DNA of 64,000 nt from Alistipes sp. Lineage in GTDB: Bacteria > Bacteroidota > Bacteroidia > Bacteroidales > Rikenellaceae. The notes under the pieces are model-generated. The model worked only from the letters and a program-made list of their open reading frames with translations, was not told where the DNA came from and did no database searches. The DNA is taken from contig JAHHQM010000004.1 of the NCBI GenBank assembly GCA_020026395.1, positions 87,237-151,236 of the forward strand, read 5' to 3'. Every line of letters starts with the position of its first letter. Position 1 is the first letter of the stretch. Below are positions 40,069 through 50,097 of this stretch, in pieces. The translations under genes were made by a program, and so were the position numbers.

Positions 40069-41220
40069 TTACTCCTCCTTAGCTTGAGTGTTCGTATTCT
40101 CGGCAGCAGAAGCTTCCGGAGCTTTCTTCGGGATAATCGGCGTACCCTCACGCAACAGACCTACGCCTTCAGCCACGATCACGTCGCCGACCTTCAGACC
40201 GTTACGTACGATGAACTCGCGACCATCGGAAGCAGGCTCCACCTCGATCAGTGCGGCAGTAGCCTTGCCGTCCTGAAGACGATATACGAATCGTTTGTCC
40301 TGAATTTCGAACGTAGCATCCTGCGGAACGACAATGCAGTCTTCGTGCGTGTTCGGGAGGATCACGTTACCTGCACCACCGCTGTGCAGCAAACTGCCCT
40401 TATTGGGGAAAGTGGCTCGCAGCGATACGCTACCCGTACGCGGGTCGATCACACCGCTGATGGTCTCGATGCGACCCTTGTCGGCGTAGAGCGAACCGTC
40501 GTTGAGCTGAAGCGACACCTCGGGCAGCTCCTTCAGCGCCTTGTCGATCGAACCGTAGCTGCGAGTCAGCTCCAGAAGGCGGCGTTCGCTCAACGAGAAG
40601 TAAACGTACATCTCCGAGTTGTCCGACACGGTGGTCAGCGGCTCACGGATCGTCGGGCCCACCAACGCACCCACGCGGAACGGCAACACGCCGACCACGC
40701 CCTCGGCAGGCGACTTGACCATCGTATACGAAAGGTTGTTTGCGGCATTGACACGCTGTGCCTCGACTTGAGCCAGCTGGGCTTTCGAGGTCAGAAGATT
40801 GTTTCGGGCGGTCGACAATTCAAATTCCGAAATCACCTCCTCGGCGAAAAGTTCCTTTTTACTTTTATATACAAGTTCGGCGGTGGCTACACCTGCCTTT
40901 GCAGCCTCAACATTAGCTTCGGCCGTCTGCAAAGCGGCCTTATACGGAACCTGATCTATAATGAACAACGTTTGTCCTTTTTTGACACGCTGCCCCTCGG
41001 TAACACACAGTTGGGAAATTGTTCCGGATACTTGCGGATAAATCTCGATGTCCTGACGTCCGCGGATCGAAGCCGAATAAACCGAAGGAATCGTTCGATC
41101 GGTCGTCTCGACGGTCAGCACCGCATACTCGGCAGGCGCTTGTACGCTTTCTGTGTGGCCGCACGAAATTGCAGCCAAACAACAAGCCAAAATTGTTGTC
41201 TTCACAAATTGATGTCTCAT
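40069..41220 (-). CDS. RND efflux periplasmic adaptor
   Basis: Lipobox AISC, IYPQVSG, EGQRVKKGQTLF, VKSPAEGVVG. Start could alternatively be 41253. Confidence 0.9.
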   Translation of the reverse strand: MRHQFVKTTILACCLAAISCGHTESVQAPAEYAVLTVETTDRTIPSVYSASIRGRQDIEIYPQVSGTISQLCVTEGQRVKKGQTLFIIDQVPYKAALQTAEANVEAAKAGVATAELVYKSKKELFAEEVISEFELSTARNNLLTSKAQLAQVEAQRVNAANNLSYTMVKSPAEGVVGVLPFRVGALVGPTIREPLTTVSDNSEMYVYFSLSERRLLELTRSYGSIDKALKELPEVSLQLNDGSLYADKGRIETISGVIDPRTGSVSLRATFPNKGSLLHSGGAGNVILPNTHEDCIVVPQDATFEIQDKRFVYRLQDGKATAALIEVEPASDGREFIVRNGLKVGDVIVAEGVGLLREGTPIIPKKAPEASAAENTNTQAKEE

Positions 41221-41390
41221 AAACTGTAGGATTATTGTCTTGTCTTTTTTCATTGGCACAAAATTACCTTTTCGCAGTCGGTTTAATCCTATTATATTAC
41301 GAACATTAGTGTTCATTATCGGAATATAGTATTTTTACTTTGTAAAATAGATATTACATTTGCTCGATTTTGTTCAAAAACGATAATGAT

Positions 41391-42239
41391 ATGAGTGTAG
41401 TCAATCCTATCGTAACATCGCAGAGCGAGCAGTTCATTGTGGGCGACTCGGATCTTGCTTTCTACGACAATGCGGCCACACGTTGTGAGAGTGGCATTAT
41501 CTTATTTTGCAGGGAAGGCGAAGCCATGGCAACGGTCAACCAATGCCAGCAGCCCATCGTCAAAAATTCCCTGGTTTTGATCCTGCCCGGATCGGTTTTC
41601 ATGCTGACCAACCGATCGAAAAATTTCCGTGTATCCTATTTTGCGTATTCGCGCGACCTGTTGGCCGAGGCGAGCCGCCGTATGGATCCCGCGTTTTTCC
41701 GTTCGCTGATCGTGCAGCCGATCTTCTACCCTCCTCAAAGAGTCATCAAAGGTGCCGAGATTTGGTTTCAGGTAGTGGAATTCACCTATCGCGACCGCCG
41801 AAATGCGTTCCGAAACATCATCATCAAAAACCGAATCCACAACATCCTTCTGGAGATTTACGACAAAATGCAGCGTTTCGGTTTCGACAAGGACAAACCC
41901 ATGCAGGCCTCGTCGCGTAAGATCGAATTCTTCAACCGTTTCATGGAGTTGGTGCACAAACACTGCTTCCGCGAGCGTGAGGTATCGTTCTATGCCGATC
42001 AGCTCTGCATTTCGACGCGTTACCTGTCGACGATCGTGCGCAACGTCATCCACAATTCGGCCAAAGAGTACATCGACCGATCGGTGATCGCCGAGATCAA
42101 GATCCTGCTTCAATCGACCGATCTTTCGGTGCAGGAGATCGCCTTCAAACTCCATTTCCCCGATCAATCCTATCTGGGGCGTTACTTCAAGAAACACACA
42201 GGGATGTCCCCCTCGGAGTACCGACATAAAATCAAATAG
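41391..42239 (+). CDS. AraC family transcriptional regulator
   Basis: YADQLCISTRYLS...VQEIAFKLHFPDQSYLGRYFKKHTG. Divergent from the RND operon. Confidence 0.92.
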   Translation: MSVVNPIVTSQSEQFIVGDSDLAFYDNAATRCESGIILFCREGEAMATVNQCQQPIVKNSLVLILPGSVFMLTNRSKNFRVSYFAYSRDLLAEASRRMDPAFFRSLIVQPIFYPPQRVIKGAEIWFQVVEFTYRDRRNAFRNIIIKNRIHNILLEIYDKMQRFGFDKDKPMQASSRKIEFFNRFMELVHKHCFREREVSFYADQLCISTRYLSTIVRNVIHNSAKEYIDRSVIAEIKILLQSTDLSVQEIAFKLHFPDQSYLGRYFKKHTGMSPSEYRHKIK

Positions 42240-42240
42240 A

Positions 42241-42278
42241 AAAGAGCCGGAAGTCACACTTGAGACCTCGGCTCTTTT
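42241..42278. terminator. Terminator (likely bidirectional)
   Basis: AAAGAGCCG...CGGCTCTTTT inverted repeat. Confidence 0.7.
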
Positions 42279-42285
42279 GTTCTTT

Positions 42286-43286
42286 TTACGAATCTGTGTT
42301 CCGCAACGGAGACCTTTCTACGGAGAGTCCCCGCGACGGATTTTGTCGCACCTCCAACCGAATACGCACAAAATCGTTTCGCGCGATTCGGGTTATCGGT
42401 TTTACGGCGGGATCGGCTCTCCTCATCGTTTTCCGGATCCAGTCCGAAGCCAGACGCACCACCCTATTCTCGGACTTGAGCGCATAAAACACAAATAGCT
42501 GCTCCTGCTTGCTCGTCCCGTAGATCGAATATTCCAGCACACCGTTCACGACGCAAAGCCGCCACATATTTTGCACCGCCCGATCCAAAGCCTCGTAATC
42601 CGCCCGTTTCTCGGGTACGAGCGTCCATTGGGGATATGCCCTCCAAATGCCGTTTTCGCGAACAAGCCCCTCATCGAACGATCCCCGGCTTACAATACCG
42701 AGCAGTCGTACGCTCTCGATTTTGTAGCTCTGCCGCCCCTCCTTTCCGATGGTAAACCGTACCGATGCGAGGGCGTGGTGAAAGCAAAGTTGCACCTTTC
42801 CCGCCCGCCGATTGGGTACAAGGTCGCTATACAGCAGATCGAACTGCGTCAACGAATCGGCACGTTGCCCGATTCCCCGAGCGGGCACCTCAAAGTTGTG
42901 GATTTTAAGGCCGCCCGACGTGTAGGACACGCCCATTTCGACAGCGAATAGGCCGCAAAACTCAAGAACCCGCTGTGTGGCCAATAATAAGGCTTGGAGG
43001 ATGTCCACGCCCCGATCTTGGGGTCGTAGCTCATCTCCACATCCGTCATATATCCGACCGACTGAGGATCGTCCCATGTCGTAAATTCGCGCGGCGTATA
43101 ACGGGCATTGACCCGAAACCGCTCCGTCTGCGGATACGCCCCCGAGGCACGGCTCTTTACCCGTTCCACCTCGGGACACGCAAAGGCAATCACCGCATTT
43201 TGCGGGAGCGGTTCTTCGTCGGACGATTCGGAGCAACCACCCCACAACATCACCACCGCAAATAAAGTCACCACAAATCTATTCAT
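42286..43286 (-). pseudogene. Fimbrillin (Mfa1-like) lipoprotein, frameshifted
   Basis: N-half MNRFVV..WGGC...YYWP..LSFAAYS and C-half DLLYSD..FHHALASVRF lie in different frames. One missing base near 42944 restores YSPVEMG. Confidence 0.75.
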
Positions 43287-43401
43287 CGTTTCAAGCGTTT
43301 TTCGTGCCGCCGCCCCCAGCGACGAAAGGTCGGACGTTCTCCGAAAAAATCGTCCGTCAGACCTCACGCATCCGCCCGACAGCGGCAAGGCTTCAGGAAG
43401 C

Positions 43402-44086
43402 CTAAATTTCGGGAATCGTGACGTTGTGGATGCCGCCATCCGTCCAATCCGTAATGGTCGGGCAGAACGTAATCTCATCCATCGTGATGGTAATTCCGAT
43501 CGTGTATTTCTTGTTCATCTCCAAGGCCGTGGGGATCACATCGTTCAGATAGACGACCTTCTGATCCGTCACATCGGGCACTGCCGCACCGCCGTTGGCA
43601 AACTTCCACTTCACGACCAACACGGGATCGCCTTCCGCAACCCCGTTATACCCCTGCGGAATGGGCAGAAGCTTTCCACCGATCGGAGTCTCGATTTCGG
43701 TCAAAACCTGCTCTCCCGTGCAGAATACCGTATAATTGGTCTTCTCCGTACCCATCGTCCAGGCAGGTGTTGCACCGATATGCTCCTCGAACGAACCTTT
43801 GCTTCCCATATTCTTCAAGGAGATGTCCGTAACCGTCACATGAGCCGCCACACCGACCGCATCGGTTTTGACCGTGAAACCGATCTGCGACAGGGCGTGT
43901 TTGAATACAATATTCACGGGACTGACCGTGTGCACCTGATTCTTGACCTGCGGGGCATACACCAGATCGATGTGCGTCCCCACAACGGCGTATCAAATCG
44001 GATTTCATCCGTACCGTCACCCGATAACCGAGGTCAGACTTGTCGTTTGTGCAGGCCGTGAGTGCTACACCCGCGGCAACTGCCAT
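43402..44086 (-). pseudogene. Second fimbrillin-family gene, internally deleted and frameshifted
   Basis: Lipoprotein signal remnant MAVAAGVALTAC in one frame and C-half DLVYA..FKHALSQI..MNKKYTI..ITFCPTITDW in another. The N-terminal domain is largely missing. Confidence 0.65.
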
Positions 44087-44256
44087 TCGGGACGCTCCGC
44101 TTTCTTATCGTAGAATCCGAACGTAATGTTTCGGATCTTCTCATTGACATACACACGAATGTAATGCGCATCGGAGAGCTCCTCCAGCGTACGATGACGG
44201 CACGCCGTGAGCCCCACCAACAGAAGCACCAGCCACACGATTTTCAGTCGTTTCAT
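44065..44256 (-). pseudogene. DUF5119-like lipoprotein, 5' fragment only
   Basis: MKRLKIVWLVLLLVGLTAC RHRTLEELSDAHYIRVYV, ending after about 63 codons where it runs into the fimbrillin remnant. Confidence 0.55.
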
Positions 44257-45086
44257 CGCCCGCCTCCTTTCTTCGTGATCGGGACGACGAGCGTGATGCC
44301 CACCTTCGTGATACCCCAATAGTGCCACGTACCGCAATCACCCGGATCGCGATAGAGGATTTCGTAATCAGCCGAAGTGATAAAATGACGGTACGGAATC
44401 GATGCGTAACCGACCGCCAGCGAAAATTCCAGATTGAGCCGTCACCCGATGGGAAGGGCATAACCGTAGCAGAATCCCGCGCTCCAAAATTTGCCCTGAC
44501 AGCAAATTTTGCGCCCGTTTTCGAAGTCCCATTTTCCACCCATGCCATATACGCCCGCGTAATGTCCCGTCAGCACCCGCCGCACAATCTGATGGCGGGT
44601 CGAAGGCTTCCGCCGCGGATGAAACCACCAACGCACCTCCCCGCCAATCTGCAAATTACGCAGGCAGAAACGGTTGTTTCCCCGTCCGCCCCGCCACCAC
44701 GGGAACTGATGGTCATACAACACCGAAAAGCAAAGGGCAAAGGGCACTTCAACCGCAAAATTCAGTCAGGTAAGGGCATCGCACAAAAGATTGGTTTTTA
44801 GGACAAAGAGGGTTTTATGAAGAGGCTCGCCGGCTTCCGCCTGCTCTTCGGGAAATTTGATTCGGGATAAAAACATTTTGTCACAAACCGCCATGTGCAC
44901 CTGCGGACGCAACACCCGCACAACACATCCCCGATCAGCCTTGTCCGCGGTCTTCGCACAGTTCACCGCACACGGGAATTTCACCGAAACAATCACGCAG
45001 CTATCCGCCCCGACGCTCCGATTTTCGGCACGGAGCATCCCGACGGCGCACACGCACAAGAGCAACAACCACAAAGGTTTCATCAA
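44253..45086 (-). pseudogene. DUF3575 outer-membrane beta-barrel with two in-frame TGA stops
   Basis: KTNLLCDALT*LNFAVEVP...FPWW...GEVRWWF...GYALPIG*RLNLEFSLAVGY...WGITKVGITLVVP in one frame; stops at 44766-44768 and 44442-44444. Confidence 0.8.
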
Positions 45087-45122
45087 GCAAGCAGGTTTTC
45101 AAACAATTCCAGTCCCTACACT

Positions 45123-45139
45123 TGCAAGACTTATGCCAA
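45123..45139 (-). promoter_or_regulatory. Sigma54-type (-24/-12) promoter
   Basis: Minus strand TTGGCATAAGTCTTGCA matches TGGCAY-N5-TTGCW, about 37 nt upstream of the DUF3575 ATG. Confidence 0.65.
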
Positions 45140-45151
45140 CCCCGCGGGCAC

Positions 45152-45192
45152 AAAAAAAATCCCGAAACCCTCCGCAAGGAAGATTTCGGGAT
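45152..45192 (-). terminator. Terminator after the beta-barrel gene
   Basis: ATCCCGAAA...TTTCGGGAT hairpin with an A8 run on the plus strand (U tract on minus). Confidence 0.7.
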
Positions 45193-45216
45193 CAATATTT
45201 AATTGAGGATCAACCT

Positions 45217-46977
45217 CTAAAACTGCATCTTCACACCCATCGTGAAACCTGCGCCACTCATCCGATAACACGGCTGGCGGTAGAGTTTCGCATCGGCCAG
45301 ATTGAAGCCCTCGGCAAAGAGTCGGATGCCTGCCGAGAATTTCCACTCGAACAGCAGGCGCACATCGACCGCCAAAGGTGCAGTAAAGCGTTCGCTGACC
45401 TCCGAAGGCTCGACATAGACCTCACCGTCGGCGCCCATCGTACCGTTGTAAAGCACCGTCCACCAGCGTTTGCTCTCCACATCGGCCGATGCTCCGATTT
45501 TGAACTTTTCATGATCGTATTCCACCGAGAAATTCCCCCTGTAATCGGGTTTACCCAGTCCGAAAATCGTGTCGTTTTCGTAGTGGCTGGCGTGGAATCC
45601 GAGGTTGAAACTCAACGCACCGACCGGACGCAATTTCAACTCGGCATTGAACGACCATTCGGTGATGTCGTGAGCGGGCGAAGGCATCAGGGCGAACATT
45701 GCCCCCGACAACGTCTCGGCCGAGCTACCCGTATGTACGCCGAACCAACTCCTGTGGTCGTTCAGGCGCGACAAACCGCCATAGATGCGGTACGTGAATT
45801 TGTTGTGCCACAGGCTGCCCCCGATACCGAAACGAAGGTTGTCGTCCACCGACTTATCCCCGATCCAGGTACCTGGCGCAAGGAACGGATTCTCCTCCGA
45901 AAGCGATCGGTAGTCGTAGTTGTGCAACGTGGCGTCCACTTCGACGAACGGCACGAAATGCTGCATGCCGAAATTCCACGACGATCGCGCATAGGGCAAC
46001 ACATACCATTCGCTGCCACCGTGTACGATCTTCGAGAAATAGACATCGACACCCGCCTCGATCTGCCATACGGCGCGCGTAATAGCGTAGCGTGCACCGC
46101 CACGGATCAAGTGTTCGGTATGATCCGAAAGACTCTTATACCCCTTGAGCAGCTCATAACCCGCATTGAACGCCAACATATGGCGGTTGAATTTGCGGGC
46201 AATTCTCAGATCGGCATTGAAGTTCATCTGACGCGCCTTATCCGTATAGTTTACCCACTCGGAATGGTCAAAGAAATAACCTCCGCGTACCGTCAGATCG
46301 AAATTCGTACGGTTCAGATCCTGAAAATCGTCACCAAAGCGCAGCACAAGATCCGCCGCGCTGAAATCGGCCATCGAACCGGGGATACGTCCGTATTCCG
46401 ATCCCATCTCCCCGCCGTCGGCATAAGCACCGTAACGGTGATTCATACGGTTCTCATAGCGCAGATCACCCTCCAGTACATAACGCCCCAGATATTTTCC
46501 GGCCGCAACACCGCCGCGGTTGAACATTTCGGTCGAATTGTTCTTCACGCCGAAATCGTTGCGGATCTTATCGTAACGTCCCTCGTGGTTCACATAGCCC
46601 ACCACGTAGCCCGTACCCGAATTCTGCGACGAGATGTAGAAATCCAGCACCGAATTCAGCGGATAACCCGCACCCGCCTTCAGGTAGATGGTCTGCGGGC
46701 GGTTGAACTCCCAGTAGGTCACCGTTGCGGGTTTGATGGGCGTCACCTCAAAACGCGTCTGCAATGACAGGGGCGTAATCGTATAGTCGATCTGCGGGCG
46801 CAGGCGCGTCGTGTCGGTCATGTTGGGAACGATCGCCAGTTTATCGGCGTGCTCCACCTTCGGGGTGTAGGTTTTGGTCACCTCGACCTTCTTCTCCAGG
46901 GTCTTGTCGGTTTGTGCCCACGCCATGCAGGGCAACACGACCGCCAAGGCCGCCATAAATATCGTTCGTTTCATCAT
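45217..46977 (-). CDS. TonB-dependent receptor-like outer membrane beta-barrel
   Basis: Signal peptide, VEVTKTYTPKVEHADK, alternating beta strands, C-terminal F. Paired with the large TPR gene. Confidence 0.75.
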   Translation of the reverse strand: MMKRTIFMAALAVVLPCMAWAQTDKTLEKKVEVTKTYTPKVEHADKLAIVPNMTDTTRLRPQIDYTITPLSLQTRFEVTPIKPATVTYWEFNRPQTIYLKAGAGYPLNSVLDFYISSQNSGTGYVVGYVNHEGRYDKIRNDFGVKNNSTEMFNRGGVAAGKYLGRYVLEGDLRYENRMNHRYGAYADGGEMGSEYGRIPGSMADFSAADLVLRFGDDFQDLNRTNFDLTVRGGYFFDHSEWVNYTDKARQMNFNADLRIARKFNRHMLAFNAGYELLKGYKSLSDHTEHLIRGGARYAITRAVWQIEAGVDVYFSKIVHGGSEWYVLPYARSSWNFGMQHFVPFVEVDATLHNYDYRSLSEENPFLAPGTWIGDKSVDDNLRFGIGGSLWHNKFTYRIYGGLSRLNDHRSWFGVHTGSSAETLSGAMFALMPSPAHDITEWSFNAELKLRPVGALSFNLGFHASHYENDTIFGLGKPDYRGNFSVEYDHEKFKIGASADVESKRWWTVLYNGTMGADGEVYVEPSEVSERFTAPLAVDVRLLFEWKFSAGIRLFAEGFNLADAKLYRQPCYRMSGAGFTMGVKMQF

Positions 46978-49958
46978 TTCAAGTTTCTAATTCGTTTGGT
47001 AGCCTCTTCGACAATGCCGTCGTCGGCAGGCGTATAGCCGTCCGCCACGCTCTGCCAGGTGGCACGCGCCTGGAACTGATCGCCGTTGCGCAGATAAATA
47101 TCGCCCAACAGGATGTAGGATTTTGCCAACCAGTAAGCCTTGGGCTTGTGCTCCGAATAGCGGAATACCTCCTTCTCGGCCTTTGCCAGATCGCCCTTCA
47201 CGAAGAGTTCTTCGATCAGATAGAATCCTGCGGCCGAGCCTTCGTTGGTCTGCGGTGAGGAGGCCAGCTCCTTGTAGAGGGACACGGCCTGGTCGCGGTG
47301 TCCCGTCGTGCGAAGTTGCTCGGCAAGGGCAAAGGTAGCCTCACGGCGTGCCGTCGCTCCCGCATCGGATACCCCGCGCACATCCTCGGCCATCTGGCGG
47401 ATCTTGTCGGCATCATTCAGCGCAACCGTAGCACGCACATAACCCGTCATCGCCACCTCACGCTTTTGACGGCCGGAAGTTGCCGCATAGAGTTTGCGGT
47501 ATGCCGTGGCGGCCTCCGCGTAACGCTTATCTTCGAAAGTCATCGACGAAAGGCGCTCCAAGGTCGTCTCCATATAGGGATTACCCTGCTTTTCGGAGAG
47601 TTCGGTCAGCGTCTCGATGGCGGGCTCGCGCTCGCCGAGTTTCAGGTAGCAATCACTCAAATAATAGAGCGCATCGCTCGTATAGTAACCTTTCGGGTAA
47701 CTCGTCAGGTAACTGCGCAACGATTTGGAGGCTGCATCGTGCTGCCCCTTGAGGTAGATCTTCTGCGCGGCCACAAACGACAGCGAGTCACGCGACACCT
47801 GTGTCAGGTCGCTCTCCATACCCGCCTTTTGTGCGTAGTCAAAATATCCGTCCACATCGCCCTCGGCCACATAGATCTCGCGGATACCCTGCATGGCATT
47901 GCGGGCATTGTTCGATTGGGGCGCTTCGGCAATCGTCCGCTTGTAATACTCCAAAGCCTTCTGACGATTACCCAAGTTCAAATAAGCCAAACCCAGATCC
48001 GACAGTGCATCGCCACGAAGCGACGACGAAGGATAACGCTCCAGGAACTGCTCCAGTTCGTGTACACCCTCCGAATAGCGCTCGCCAAGGATCGATCCGT
48101 GACCGAGTTCGTAAGCCGAGCGCTCGGCAAAATCGCCGTTGCCGCTACAGGCAATTTGTTTCAAGACATATTGGCGATCCTTCTCGCGACCCATCAGACC
48201 GAAGGTCATCGCCCGTTTGTAGGTGGCGTAATCGCCCTCGCGACCTCCGATTCGTGTGGCCGATTCGTAATGCTTCAACGCCTCGTCGTAGCGACGATTC
48301 GAGGCGGAAATATCGCCCAATCGGTTATACGCATCCGCACGATAACGATCGCGTGCGGAGTGGTTTTGCAGGAAACGATTGAAGTTGGAGGTTGCCTTCG
48401 ACAACTCCCCGCCGTTGAAGGCGCAATACCCCAGATTGTACCACGCATAGCCGTATTCGGCCTCGGTGCGCGGTGCCTGGCGCAGGAACGTGTCGAACTT
48501 GACGGCCGCCACCGTATAATCGCCCTTCGAGAAGGCGATCTCACCCTGCCAAAAGGTATTCAGCGCCGAATATTTGGGGCTGACACCCACACGCGCCGAT
48601 TCGTTGAGAAATTCGCGTGCGGCGTTCACATCGCCGTTTTTGTAAGCCTCCAAACCGCGGAAATAAGCGATCTTCTGCAAGGCGGTCATCACCTCGGGAT
48701 CGTCCGACGGCATGGATTTGATGGCCTGGTAGGCCGTATCGTAATCCTGCGAATTGTAATAGGCGGCAATAAGCAGTGTACGCGCCTCGTTCAGTCGCTT
48801 CGATTCGGGATAAGTCGTGATGTAGCGTTGCAGGACGTTGATTGCCCCGTTGAAAGCACCGCCGCCCAATTCATACTGCAATTTGGCGTAGTTGAACAGC
48901 GCATCCTCCGCAATTTCGCGATCAAGGCTCTCATCGGCAGCCATCGCAAACGACTGCATGGCGGCCTGTTTGTCGCCCTGTCTCAAATAGCAGTCGGCCA
49001 GGTGGAACGAAGCGTTCTGCGTCAATGCATCCTTCGCACCGCACGCCTTACGCAGATATTCCGCAGCCTCGTCGTACTGCGTCAGGCGGTACAGCGAAAA
49101 ACCTTTCAGGTAACTCGACTGGCGACCGTCCTTGCCGCCCGCCGTCGAATAGGCGTTCATGTGGGCAAGCGTTTCGCGATAGTTGTCCATACGGAACCAT
49201 GCCTCGGCCACCACGCGTTCGATCTCGGCGCGGCGTTCGGGAACGGTCTTCTGGATCAGGCGGTTGCCGTTTTCGGTCACATAGGTATAATTGCCCTCCT
49301 GGAATTCGATCTGAAGCAGGAAGTACGGCACGACATCGCCGTAACTCTCGCTCTTACGCAACGAATTGAAGCCCTGTTTGGCCAGAGCAAGATCGCCGCG
49401 CTGGTAGTGGATATAGGATTTATAATACGTTGCATGATCGGCATATTCGCTCTTCGGGCTGATGCGGTCGTAGTAGGTAAACGCCTCGTCGTAATTCCCG
49501 TTCGAGAACGCAACATAACCCATACGCAGGTCGTACTGCTCTTTTCGGGTGGCATTCAGCGAACCATAATCCACCTTCTTGAAATACTCCGCCGCACGCT
49601 GCATGTCGCCATTGGCGCAATAGTACGACGCCAACGAGAAATCGACATCATCCGTATAGACCGATCCCGGGTAACGATCCTTGAAATCGAGCAACGCCAC
49701 GACGGCATCGCTGTTGCCCAGTTCGACGGCACACGCCGCCAAGAAATAATCGACCTGCTGACGTAATTCCCGGGCCGAGGCCGACAATTCGCGCCGAGCC
49801 GTTTGGAATTCGTGTCGGGCATCCGCCCAACGCCCCAACTCGAAGAGTTCACAACCGCGTGTGATCATTTTTTTCGTTTGCGGGGCTGTATTTTGCGCCG
49901 CGAGAGACAGGCTCATCGCCAGCGCCAGAGAGAGGAATAAGATTCTTTTTTTTCGCAT
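46974..49958 (-). CDS. Large tetratricopeptide repeat protein
   Basis: Signal peptide and many TPR/YbgF-like repeats (AWYNLGYCAF, DAYNRLGD, DALYYLSDCY). Confidence 0.9.
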   Translation of the reverse strand: MRKKRILFLSLALAMSLSLAAQNTAPQTKKMITRGCELFELGRWADARHEFQTARRELSASARELRQQVDYFLAACAVELGNSDAVVALLDFKDRYPGSVYTDDVDFSLASYYCANGDMQRAAEYFKKVDYGSLNATRKEQYDLRMGYVAFSNGNYDEAFTYYDRISPKSEYADHATYYKSYIHYQRGDLALAKQGFNSLRKSESYGDVVPYFLLQIEFQEGNYTYVTENGNRLIQKTVPERRAEIERVVAEAWFRMDNYRETLAHMNAYSTAGGKDGRQSSYLKGFSLYRLTQYDEAAEYLRKACGAKDALTQNASFHLADCYLRQGDKQAAMQSFAMAADESLDREIAEDALFNYAKLQYELGGGAFNGAINVLQRYITTYPESKRLNEARTLLIAAYYNSQDYDTAYQAIKSMPSDDPEVMTALQKIAYFRGLEAYKNGDVNAAREFLNESARVGVSPKYSALNTFWQGEIAFSKGDYTVAAVKFDTFLRQAPRTEAEYGYAWYNLGYCAFNGGELSKATSNFNRFLQNHSARDRYRADAYNRLGDISASNRRYDEALKHYESATRIGGREGDYATYKRAMTFGLMGREKDRQYVLKQIACSGNGDFAERSAYELGHGSILGERYSEGVHELEQFLERYPSSSLRGDALSDLGLAYLNLGNRQKALEYYKRTIAEAPQSNNARNAMQGIREIYVAEGDVDGYFDYAQKAGMESDLTQVSRDSLSFVAAQKIYLKGQHDAASKSLRSYLTSYPKGYYTSDALYYLSDCYLKLGEREPAIETLTELSEKQGNPYMETTLERLSSMTFEDKRYAEAATAYRKLYAATSGRQKREVAMTGYVRATVALNDADKIRQMAEDVRGVSDAGATARREATFALAEQLRTTGHRDQAVSLYKELASSPQTNEGSAAGFYLIEELFVKGDLAKAEKEVFRYSEHKPKAYWLAKSYILLGDIYLRNGDQFQARATWQSVADGYTPADDGIVEEATKRIRNLK

Positions 49959-50097
49959 AAGAAAAATTCTTGCTATGATGCAAATATACGGATTTTGTGC
50001 AAATTTCATAGGTGCAAAATCATTTTACGCCTAAAAATAAAAACGGATGACCCCCTCCTTGGGGAAATCATCCGTTAAATCCTTTTTTGGTTCTTGT

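Noticed and set aside
44253..45086. TGA read-through, selenocysteine or alternative genetic code in DUF3575
   Set aside because: TGA is a normal stop for other genes here (for example tmk and znuA). Neighbouring genes are also broken, so nonsense mutations are the simpler explanation.
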